A stretch of 64,000 nt of DNA, taken from positions 30,256,001-30,320,000 of the forward strand of contig OZ024751.1 of NCBI GenBank assembly GCA_964016885.1, written 5' to 3'. Of the stretch, positions 26,687 through 38,809 are shown one piece after another. This DNA comes from Eledone cirrhosa. Taxonomy: Eukaryota. The position numbers and the translations under genes are program-made. Every line of letters starts with the position of its first letter. Position 1 is the stretch's first letter. The notes beneath the pieces were generated by a model. It did no database searches, had not been told where the DNA came from, and was given only the letters and a program-made list of their open reading frames with translations.

Positions 26687-28037
26687 TTAAAGTTTGTATT
26701 TTGTAAACATCATAACAAGAATAAAAGTAACAAATTATTTTAATCTACCAACAACAATAACAAAAGCAGGAATTGGCGATGAGAATCCTGTCTCGGGTTT
26801 AATACACATCATGGGGAGTTACAACCCAAATACCCTTACAGGACTAACCATTTTTGTCAGCTTTTATGATATGCTGGAGTATTTTATTTATCAATTACTA
26901 AATAAAATATGGGAAAGACTGGTGTCTTGCTCAGGAGGGGGGATTGGGTGATTCTTGTACTTCATGTCACTTAACGCTGATAAAGCCGAGATAAAAACAC
27001 TTTTATGTGCATATTATCCGAAAATTCCCGGTGCATAACATGTTTTCAGTATAGGTTTTTCTCTTTTTGTCACCCACGACTTTATAACAAAAATATAAAC
27101 ATAATATCTACGAATCAACTATATATAGTAAAATATGTCTCATCTAGTAGCAAGGTTGTTGCCATAATGTCATGGGTTCGATTCCTGGACTCAGTTGTGT
27201 GCTGTGTACTTGAGCAAAACACTTTCATTTCACGTTGCTCCAGTATACTCAGCTGAAAATGAGTACCAGCAATATCTAGGGGGTTTACCCTGCGGTGGAC
27301 ACGCGTCCTGTCCCGGGGAGCGTTTTGTATTCTCGGTCTCTTCACGCCACAGAAACCGAGATAAGCACCGGTTTGGTGAACCTCTGGGCTAGAGACAGAC
27401 TTCGGACCTTTTTTTTTTTTTTTTTTAGAAATTACAGTGAAAGTTCTCCTTCTAATTTTTCATTCATTAGAATACTGTAAGCTATTTCGAAAGGATATTT
27501 CACATACATACAGCAAAATAACGTGTAAGAACTATATATATTAGAGTAAGTTAAAGACAACGTTATAGTTTGAGTTCAAATCCCGCCGAGGTTAACTTTG
27601 CCTTTCATCCTTACAGGGTCGATAAAATAAAGTACCAGTAATGTACTGAGTAGTTGCTGGCCTTGTGCCAATAGTAGAAACAATGATGTAACAGTAAGGC
27701 TCACAGTAAGAGCGTCAGTGGTGGCACATGAATTAAATTTACATCCATAAGTATGATTAGTAAAAAGGTGGAAACATGCAACAGTAACTCTCTTCCTCTC
27801 TTTCACTCTATACATAACTTATTCTCTTCTTCCTCTGTCAATGCAGGTTACTTACTCTTTACGACATTATAGTTAAAAAGTACGTAACAGAAAGGGTCTC
27901 AGTATAAGGAGGTGGTGGTGAAAGAGAGAGAGAGAAAAAGAAGGTAAAAAGGGAAACTGAACGAGGGACCAGAATGAGTTTAGATTTGTTTAATCGATAA
28001 ACAATTCAGTAACAGCTAAATCAACAACTGCCACGTG

Positions 28038-28096
<59 letters not shown>

Positions 28097-28305
28097 GGTA
28101 ATTACACAAGAATGGAAACCATTCAGATTTTCATCTTTATGTCGTTCCTTGTGTGTGTACAAACAAAAAGTTCGCAAAATTACAGATGGCCTAAAGGAAG
28201 TATAAAAACAAAATCTACAATAACTTGCCAGTAAAACATTTTAGAAATTATTTTTCAACTTTCCATTTAATATTTAGTAATACGTTATAATATATAAGTG
28301 TGTGC

Positions 28306-28363
<58 letters not shown>

Positions 28364-29143
28364 ATTTATAAAGCTATTAAATGATTTAAGAATCCTATTC
28401 TATCATTTTAATTTGTCTATATATATATATGACAAAAACTTTAACAATATAGAACATCACAATTACCCTCGAATTCAACCATTCCATTCATTACAAAAAT
28501 CTGCTTAGAATTCTAAATAAATTTATGTAATGGATATGATTTTTTTTTAAAATTAGAACACTTTAGTTTAATGAAGCACAATAAAGTTTTAGAGTCAGTA
28601 CAACTGGACATTTATTTAGTTTCGTTATTCTTGGTTCGGAGTTGAAAAAAAAAATCCCAAACAGGGTCACTTTCGTTTATCCTATAAATACGCAAACACA
28701 TGCACACACACAATCCCACAAACACGCACCACACCACACACATACGCAAATATACATTGACGTTCGGAAATTTGCTCAGGGTGACAATAACTTAAAATGA
28801 CATTCTCTTCTGTAAGCATAACACCTCTGAAAACGACTAAAATTCTGCTTATATCTCTAAGACTGGTCCGACCCTCTGAGTCTCACAAGCACCCCTTCTT
28901 TTTCAAATATATGCTCCTGTACCAATTTAAGAATTTATTACAGCTAATTTTAAGGTGATGCGGATAGCCACTGGTCGTTTGGACATATATATATAATATA
29001 TATATATAAGAAACAAGGGGCTGTGTGATTACTTGATAAATTGTACTTAGCAATATACAAATATACACATATATATAAATATATGTGTGTGTGTGTGTAA
29101 ATTAACGAACGGTTGAGAGTAAAAGCGCGAGTAAAATTCTTAC

Positions 29144-29408
29144 TTGATGTGTCTGGGAACAGTTGGTAGAAAAAACTAAGTTGATAGTTTAATAATACAA
29201 GGCAGCGTATAATAATGGACCGTTTGGGGTGGCACAGTTGAGAAGAGGGCGGGTGTATACCGGGTACTTAGTTCTTTTTTTAGTTGCTGTTTCTTGACAG
29301 ATCATATTTATTGCTGGATAGTACGGTTTATAATAATTGTCATCATGGCCATGAGAGATCGATATTAAATCGATGTCGAAATAGTCAGATATTGAGACAA
29401 TTTAATGC
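29144..29408 (-). other. Possible non-coding 5' UTR exon of the YccV-domain gene
   Basis: Unique sequence bounded by ttcag acceptor and gtaag donor; stops in all frames, several uATGs. Confidence 0.3.
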
Positions 29409-30082
29409 CTGAACATTTTAAGAATCTAAGTATTTCCGTCTCTGGCAAACCCACACAAGTTATTTTCTTTTCTTTCTCCTTGTCTATATTAGAAAACAGC
29501 ACTACTACTACTACTACTACCACTACTACACAGATACAACTAATAATTGTTTCTGATTTAGGCACAAGGGCAGCAACTTTTTTTGGGGGGGGGGGGGATA
29601 AAATCGACCCCAGCAAGTTATTGGTACTTTATTTTATCGATCCCCCGTAAGGATGAAATGTAAAGCTAACCTCGGCGGGATTTGAACTCAGAACGCAAAG
29701 GGCCATAACTCAATGTCATAATCCATGTTCGACGCTCTACCCATTCTGCCACTCCACCGCCCTCATTACTACGACTAATAACAACAACACGGAAAATACA
29801 AAATAATGTAAAATGAAATGATGATAATAATAAAAATATTACCAACTTACAAATGAAAACGAAGAATGGTTAAAAAAGTAATGAAGTAAATCTGCTTGGT
29901 AATAATCCGTGTAAATTGTACAAAATAACCATTTAATTCTTGTTCATTTCCAAATCTAGCGATCAGCAAAATATGGGAAGAAAATAATATTATCAATATC
30001 ACAGAATATTAATTATATTTAAAACATTTTCAACATGTTAATGAATAGAGAAAAAATATAAGATGTTCTTAATGTAGCTGAC

Positions 30083-30115
<33 letters not shown>

Positions 30116-32469
30116 CATATGGATGGGTATGTGTGTGTGGGTATTAGTGTGATTGTATGTATAAGTGTGTTTGTGTATGAATATAGGGGTGCGTATGTGT
30201 ATATGTTTGTGTCACTTCCAGCAGTTCTAATAACGACTGTTCCAGTTGTTTGATCAACGGAACAGCCTGCTCTTGGAATTAACATGCAAGTAGCTGAGCA
30301 TTCCACAGCAGATACATTGTACCCTTAACGTAGTTCTCAGGGAGATTTGGCATGACAAGACTGACCCTACGAATTACAAGTACAATTCATTTTGTGCCAG
30401 CTGAGTTTTCTGGTGCAACATGAAATAAAGTGTCTCGCTGAAAGACAAAACACAGTACCAGGTCTGGGAATCGAACTCACGACCATACGATCGTGAGCTG
30501 TACACTCTAACCACTATATATATATATAGAGAGAGAGAGTCTACGATTTCTTCTGCTTTCAACGATAAAAAGAATATTAGACTACCTACATACCATACAC
30601 ATTATGAGGATAAGAAAAGTTCATAGGTTGTCTATAAAGAAGTGATGCTAGAGCTGTGAAATCTTGCATGCATTAATTTCAACTCTTCTTATTAAGGACT
30701 ATGTTGAAAAATAAACCTCAATTGGTCATTCCATGAGAGTATCTTGGTCAGCCTATGGACTTTTTCAGCCGACCATCGTACACCACCGCATAAACAAAAC
30801 AGACAAACATATACTCACACACACATATCATATATATATATAGATAGACACACACAAACGTGTATGTATGTATCTGTGTGAAGTTGGATGATCATAGTAG
30901 AAATCGTGACACTTAGATGAACAAGACAATAACGTCAGTAATATAAAAATATATATATTAGATTCTTACTTTGGTATTCAGCACTTTTTCCTCGTGTTTG
31001 AAAATCCAAACATACGTGTAAATATACGTGTACGTGTGTGTATGTGTATATACATGTGTGTGTATATATTTACATGTATTATTTACGAGTTGGGAAATCT
31101 TGACAAGAACATGATATATATATATGTGTATTTCACCAACAGTTAACTGCCACGCTAACAGCACATAACAATTCGCTACCAGACCAATGGATGTAATTCT
31201 ATAATGTTTTGGATGTTGGAAATAAATAATTATTTAAAAAATAAAACTGTCAAGGGTTTGGTTGCAGAGAAAGTAAAAAAAGAAAGTAGACACCCAACTA
31301 AAACAACAACAACTGTAATAACACGAAGGCTGTGTGACGAAATAGTAATGTTTTGTGTTGTTGTTGTAGTAGTTAAACGACAAAAACTACTACAATATAA
31401 AATAATAATAATAAAGCACGCGTATTTTGAAGCAAAGTCACATAAATATTGTTATTGTTATGATTGCCATTGTGACTATCATATTTAACTCCTTTATTAG
31501 AGAACTCCATTTATCAAGGTAGATAACAATCACAATTTTATTTATTTATTGTTGATATAACTATAAATTAGACAAATATAGTGGAAAAGAAAGCAGAATT
31601 GGAAAGGACTATAAATGTCATAAATGAAGGGAAAAAGAGAGGAAGAGCAAGGACTGTTAGACAAGGAAGGAAGAAAGGGGATAGAGTGACAGACTCTACA
31701 CCTAGGTCAGAGCGATTTTTTGGTTACCCCTCGCGGACAATGGCCACAGCCACCCCACCTTGCGGGGTTCCTTCCACAGACGATTCTATGGAGGTCAGCT
31801 GTTCGGGGACGTCTGACGTTTCGATGGCGATCGGTGCAAAGAGGAAACGTCTAGATAAGCCCCGGTGTTTGCTTGTCTTCCCGTCCTCTGCTTTGCGGGC
31901 TGAGATACCGGGTTTTGTGGCCGAGACGACTACGTTAGAAGTGAAGAACGGATATCCAGTCATGTACTGGAATCGATTTAGAGTTTGAATTTAGGTTAGG
32001 GTAAATGTAAGACATTTAGTAAATTTTTACAGTGTAAAAAAAATAATAATTTGTGTAATTTTTTTACTATTTCACCCGTTTCTCTTTGAGGGTAAATTTT
32101 TTTCTTGCGGTTTTTGAATGAATCTGGCCTTCAAAACCGTCGGGATTTATATTGTTTTTTATTATTATTTTTTTTTTTTAGTTAACCGTCCCCTCTAGCT
32201 GTTTGTCTGGGGGTACCCTTATAGTAACTTAGTTTTTCAGAGGGGGAACCACAGCAAACAAATTATTTACGATTGTTTTGAAGGAGATGTTCGTTAAAAA
32301 CACATTGAGAATCATAGTAATAAAACAAAACAACTAAATTTCAGGAAATTATTCAATTATATCAATTAAACTTCCTTCCGGCCATTACCTCAATTTATTG
32401 AACTCTCGCGTGGAATAATAATTGTTAACGTTTCCTTCGGGTCAGCTCAGGCTTCTCTGCTACTGGGAC

Positions 32470-32800
32470 TATCTGTGACCCTTACCTAAGGTCATGAATC
32501 TTGGGTTATGACTGAAAGAATGCAAGCGCCCGAAATGGAATTCCTCGATAGAGTGCGTAGCTCGAAGATCAAAGTCGCTACTTCTCCGGATTGAGAGATC
32601 ACAGCTCCGATTCTATGAGCATGTGGTTAAAATGTCTCAGGAAAAAAAAAATCGCTGGACAGATTTTACGGGCAAAACCAGCCGGCAGGAAACCCAGAGC
32701 AAGATGGTTGGATAACATTAATGAGCTCAGCTAGTCTAACTTGAGGATCCATCCGGTTCTGTTGGAAACGGTTGCTCTCAGGAATAAGTGAGCGAAGAAA
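32470..32800 (+). mobile_element. RTE-like LINE 3' relic (related copies ~49370-49600, ~57220-57520)
   Basis: Degenerate LLLRIERSQLRFY.HVV.MSQE..A.QILRAKP.GR...RWLDNI, typical of RTE ORF C-termini. Confidence 0.65.
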
Positions 32801-34863
32801 ATGAAAAAGAAAAAAAAGATTTTGAAATCTGACGGAGACCATCCCCTCTCAGGTCTGTGTACAACGATTTCTTCCAGAGTAGGATAGAAGTAAGAGAAAG
32901 AAAGTGAGAAAGTATCGACCCCAATACTAGACTGGTGTGTTTTTATCGACCTCGAATGGGTGAAAAGCAAAATTGCCATTATGTATATAATCAAGTAAAG
33001 GAACGTTGGTTGATCAATTAATCGACCGACTGTAGTGTAAACAGACGTAAACACTCCCCGACATAGCTCCCTTAAGGTATAAGACGGTTTTACGTATACA
33101 TCTTCTGTTAAATACTATACAGAGGATGTATACATAAAACCGTCTCTCTTCTTTATTATATAGTACGGAATAAAAAAAAAATAGTGAGAGACCGCACATT
33201 TAATTTCAGGTCACTGAAGCAAGACGACATGCAACAATGTCACGGTTGATATCTTGGCTAAGGCGTTGTAATAAATCAATCACCCAACGTAAGAATCAAC
33301 ATGAGGGATATAAATAGATTGAACTACATTTGTTGAGGAGTAGAATAAATTGCATAGTGAATCGCGCAAAACAGTTATGCTTATACTCTCTTCACTGTAG
33401 TTCTTGAAACTACGAAAACTCAGTAGACAACTGAGCTGACTGTCGTATTTATTCATTTTGGATTTATTAATTTGTGTGTAAGATGTTTTAAATAATCCAA
33501 TCTTTTTATCTCCCTTTTATCTTAGGCACCAATCACTGAGAGAGTAGCTTCCCTTGAAAAATTTTCCCCAGCTTTAATGTTGAGAATAAAGTTGTTTGAA
33601 AGTCGAGTCTGCTTGGATTCCTCTTCAGTTATGTTAGTTGGCTGTTATTTCTAGCACATTTCATAACCGTTTAGCAGTTTGAAGTGAAATAGTGTTGCTA
33701 GCTGGTCAGTGTTCTGTTGAAGGTAAGAGACACTAAGTCATGAATGGAGGTGGAGAGAGAGAAAGAGAGAGGAACGGGTGGGAGAAGACAATGCGTTACA
33801 TCTGGAAGTGACGGCTGTTAGCTATAAAATGTTTATCTTGTGACATGACGGTAAACCAATTGGAATTGCTGCATCAACAATCCCTTTAATATTTGATCAA
33901 TTTTCAAAATGTAACAGGACCATAAACTTCATTACCCACCATTAAAAACCCCTCTACACTAGAAACATCCCCACTTTCAGTTATACCTAAATACCTCCAC
34001 AACTTTGAATGACACTTAACCTTCATTCTCACTTCTCCCCCACAAATGAAAAATAATTAATTGTTAAGCTTAATTATGTTTATTATTATTATTATTTTCA
34101 AAACTCAAATATTATTTCCCCCTCCTTCTTCATATAATTTACAATGGTACAGAGTAAGAAGAAGAGAAAAAACAGTTTTTTATTATTATCATATTATGGT
34201 GTTTTTTCTTGTCTTAAAAAACATGTCAGCATCTGGGATATTTGATCCAGATGACAAAAAAAAAAAAAAAAATGGGAGACGAAAAAAAAAAAAAAAAAAA
34301 GAAAATCTACAAAAAGATATATATATATCTATAAAGGTATATACTTTTTATAAAGATATATACCCTATATATTGAATATAAAGATGTATACTTAGATATC
34401 CTATATACTTTATTTATATAAAGGTATATATTTATATATATACACTATACTTTATATAAAGGTCTATACTTATATATATAAACCCTCTATACTTTTTATA
34501 AAGATATATACCCTATATACTTTATATAAAAGCTGTACACTTATATACCCTATATATTGAGTACTTTGGTCATGTGTTTAAAATAATGTGATTTAGATTT
34601 TATACACACCTTAGTTAAAGTCTTATATACCTATTAGTTATGGGATTTTTATACATACCTTATATATATATATATTGTAAATAGAGTTCCTGAGGGCGTG
34701 AGCTCACGCTGTCGGGCACTATTTACAATATATACACTCTCCTTTCCCAAGTATCGAATACTTAGCTGAAGATGGTCTTACTAATCTAAACTAGTAACTC
34801 ATAATCTATATATATATACATATACACACACATATATATATACACACATACATATACATACTT

Positions 34864-34894
<31 letters not shown>

Positions 34895-35289
34895 GCTGAC
34901 CCTAGTTATGAGTTTAAATTAAAGGATTTAACCGGTACTAAGAAGGACTTTGGACAAGCACAAAATTGAATAAATGATACACATTCTGTCTTTGTTTTGT
35001 CAACATTTTTAGATGTTTGTTGTTGCTGCTTTAGACCTAGGTTAGCAAACCTATGACCAAATGTCTGTCATTGCTGTTTTAGCCTTAGGTCAACGAACCT
35101 ATGATCAAAAGATATTCCAGCCATTGTCCAATTTATGCCTGCCTTTATTTAAGATGGCAGGATGTGATTTGAGGGATGAAAGGAATGCTGTATGTACATG
35201 GTTTAGAGTAGGTACCCTGTAGTCACATGTGTATCATAAAAAGGTGTCTAAAAGAACTGACACTAGGGTAGGCATCTAACAAGGACACT

Positions 35290-35650
35290 ATGAAACTTGG
35301 TATGTTGTGACTAGGTACCACCAGTCGAAGGAACAGGAAGTCACTCTGTTGTGTCTAGGCACAAACACAAAAGAGCTTGATCTGTTGACACAAGACTAAG
35401 AAATTTTATCTTTGGTTAGATAATAGACTAAGGAGTTAGATCTTTGGTCTGTTGTGATTATAGGTACTACAAGATTTTAGAACTTGGTCTGTTGTGATTA
35501 TAGATACCACAAGACTAAAGAACTCGGTCTGTTGTGACTATAGATACTTCAAGACTAAAGAACTGGGTCTCTTGTGTCACTAAGTCTATGTCTAAGAAGC
35601 TTGATATGTTGTGGTTAGGCACAAATCTAAGGAATTTTACCTTTGTTTAG
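35290..35650. repeat. ~40-bp minisatellite in the putative 3' UTR (another ~42-bp array at 37790-38003)
   Basis: Recurrent GAACTTGGTCTGTTGTGA.TATAG.TAC.ACAAGACT. Confidence 0.8.
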
Positions 35651-36128
35651 ATATGCTGAATATCTGTGTCTATCTAAGGTAGTTAATCAGTTATATCTGC
35701 TATATAAGGTCCTACATATTTGACCAAGGGCAACTTTAGGGCTAGACATAAATTGAGCAGCTGACTTGGGTTAGCTAACAACAGTAACAAAGCATCTATT
35801 CTAAAACAAGCGTTCTATTCACAACAGTACCCTATCACTTACCCTGATGATTATAACTTAGAAATATACCCCCTACCCTCCTCATCCCCAACAGCAAGTG
35901 GTCTGATGGATGGTACAAATCATTCAATAATAATAATGATGATTATTCAATCACTTATACCAAGAAATAGCTAAGATGGAGGTAACTAACAAAGTTTTAA
36001 TGGTAAATATAGATTCCAAACTTGAAAGAACCCAACATTATAATTAATTAGAATATAAACAAATTGGTGGGGTAAAAAAACCCCCCAAAATTATAAACAA
36101 CAACGAATAACATTTGTCTTATGATTAA

Positions 36129-36482
36129 CCCTTTCAATATAAAACTGCCTGAAACTGCCCCTAGTTCCTATGATATAGAACTGTTTTAAAGTGCTTATAA
36201 TTATCTAAAAGAATTTTCCTATGATACAAAACTGTGTTTTAAAGTGTTTATATTTATCTAAAAAACAGCTTCCTTCATAATTTTATGTAAGAATATTTCA
36301 TTAAGTTACACTCCAAAAAACAGCTTAATAATGAGTAAGTTAGTTATATTACTAAATCTCTCAGCATTCTTAATTATTTAAAATATTATTTGAAAATCAT
36401 AGGCAGTTATAATATAGGTAATTATTTTCAAAATTATTTGAAAACATATAGATAGGCAGTGTCTTTCATAATAAGGAAAGGG
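36129..36482. mobile_element. piggyBac-like TTAA MITE, second subfamily
   Basis: TTAA|CCCTTTC ... GAAAGGG|TTAA. Confidence 0.55.
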
Positions 36483-38365
36483 TTAATTTGGTTTAAAAAG
36501 AAAACAACAAAATTAAAACTTTGCGAAAGACTAAAACAATCTCTCAACAGTCTTGAAATTGGCCATTATAATATAAAATACATATTATATAATACAAAAC
36601 TGGCCAGTTAATGTACATAAAATACATATAATGATTTTTAATTTAGGCACAATACCTACAATTTGTGAAAAAAAGGGGAGGAAAAGTTGATTAAATCAAC
36701 TCCAGTAATTGACAGATACTTATTTTATTGACTCCTTGGGAAAGGATGGAAGGCAAAATTAACCTCAGCAGGATTTGTATTATTATTATTATTATCATTA
36801 TTATTATTTTCATTATTTATAGGGTAGCAAATTGTTAGAATCATGAGAGCTTCAGGAAAAATACTTTGGATTATTTTTTAGCTCTTTACGTTCTGGGTTC
36901 AAATCCTGCCAAAGTCAACTTTCATCCTTCTGGAGTCAATAAAATAAAGTACCAATCACGTACTAGAGGTCAATTTCATTGAATAATTCCCATGCCTCAA
37001 TTTCTGGCTTTGTACGTAAATTAGAAAGAATTATTATTACTATTAATAATAATAATATTTCAAATTTTGTGAAATTCAATTTCTGATCGAGATCAAATAT
37101 AATTAAGTTTTTTTAAAATAAATTAGAAAAAAACAAACAAAACAAACTTTCAGAGCATTTGTAAAAGAATGGTGTTTCCGAACTACTGCTCCAGGTCACA
37201 AGAGAAACAGATTCGAACTGATGCAAAAGTGGACGTAGTGGTGGTTGTGGTGTTGGTGTCAGCGTGTACGTGTTGGAGGTAGAATGATGTTAGTGTGAGT
37301 GTTGGGAGTAGTATTAGTGATTTATGTGTGTGAATGCTGGGGGGTTAGTGTTAGTGATGTATGTGTGAGTGTTAGGGGTAGTGTTAGTGAGCTTAATGTG
37401 TCTATGTGTATGATACTGACTCTACAAAGTAAGAATGTAGTGTCAACTTCTGTTGTCAAGGTAGGAGTTAATAAGAGCTCATAGTGTAGTTTAGCCCCAG
37501 ATCAACTCTGACTGAGCAAACGTATGATCAAAGGCAGTCCAGCTATAAGCATCTGTTTTGTTAAGGACTATATCTTCCAAAGTGTCCTTCCTTGGTGTGG
37601 AGTGACTTAGATGTTATTTCTAGCAATTTGAACAATCAAGAAAAGGAATGGTGGTGGTTTTATAATTAGAAAGAGTATCGTGGGGTAGTTAGAGACATCA
37701 AATATTGAAATGTGAGGAGTTTTAAAATGATATTGGAGGAGTATTATTTTGTGAATCTAATAAATAAAAGGGATGTATTTTCATAAAGATTGACAGGAGT
37801 ACTCCCATAATAGATGTCTAGTCTTGTGTCACAGACAGGAGTTTTTCCATAACAGATATCTTGCCTTATGTCAATGACAGAAATATTTCCATAACAGATG
37901 TATTGTCCTATGTCAATGACAAATCTTCCATAATGGATATCTTGACTTATGTCTTGTCAGACAGGAGTTCTTCTATAACAGATGTCTTGTTCTATGTCAA
38001 TGCAATTCCCATTCAGGGAAGTATAATAAAGAGGTTGCTACCCCTAGTTATTGGCACACCCAGAAGAGCTCGAAAGATGTCTAGGTTGCTACCCCTAGCC
38101 AATGGCATCCCCAGAAGAGGTAAAAAGATGGTTAGGTTGCCATCCTTTCACATGAGCACTTCTGTGAAAAGTTAGAAAGATTGCTAAAATATCACAGGTA
38201 ATAATAATATGTTTACCTGGTGACTTCAGGTTACAATTAGTTGTAAGGGCGAAGGAGGTGTGTATGTATGTGTGTGACTATGTGTATACAGCGAAAGCAA
38301 AGTAGGATTTATAGCAACAAAACCCACCAACACAACCTACCTCTTTACATGTGTCTTTATCAAAT

Positions 38366-38398
<33 letters not shown>

Positions 38399-38625
38399 TA
38401 TATACATACACACATATATATATATATATATATATGCATACATATATTTGTCTGTCTGTGAAATTCATGTCTTTCTCAAGTCATCAGTAAGTTAAATTTA
38501 ACAACCGGGTAATGAATGTGTGTCAGTGCATGTGTGTATATATATATATATATGTGTATATATATATGTATATATAATAAATATGTATATATATATATGT
38601 ATATGTATATATGTATATATATTTA

Positions 38626-38670
<45 letters not shown>

Positions 38671-38809
38671 GTATATATATATATATATTTATATATGTAT
38701 ATATATATATATATTTATATATGTATGTATATATACACATGTATATATATACATATATACATACACATGTGCATATTTACCCTAGTTTACCAACCCTCAG
38801 AGAGATTAT

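Larger units (their letters stand above)
34070..38809 (-). other. Putative long YTHDC2 3' UTR
   Basis: No further in-phase coding exons after TAA at 38810. Minus-strand U-rich tracts at 34256-34300 and AATAAA near 34079-34084. The end point is inferred only. Confidence 0.35.
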
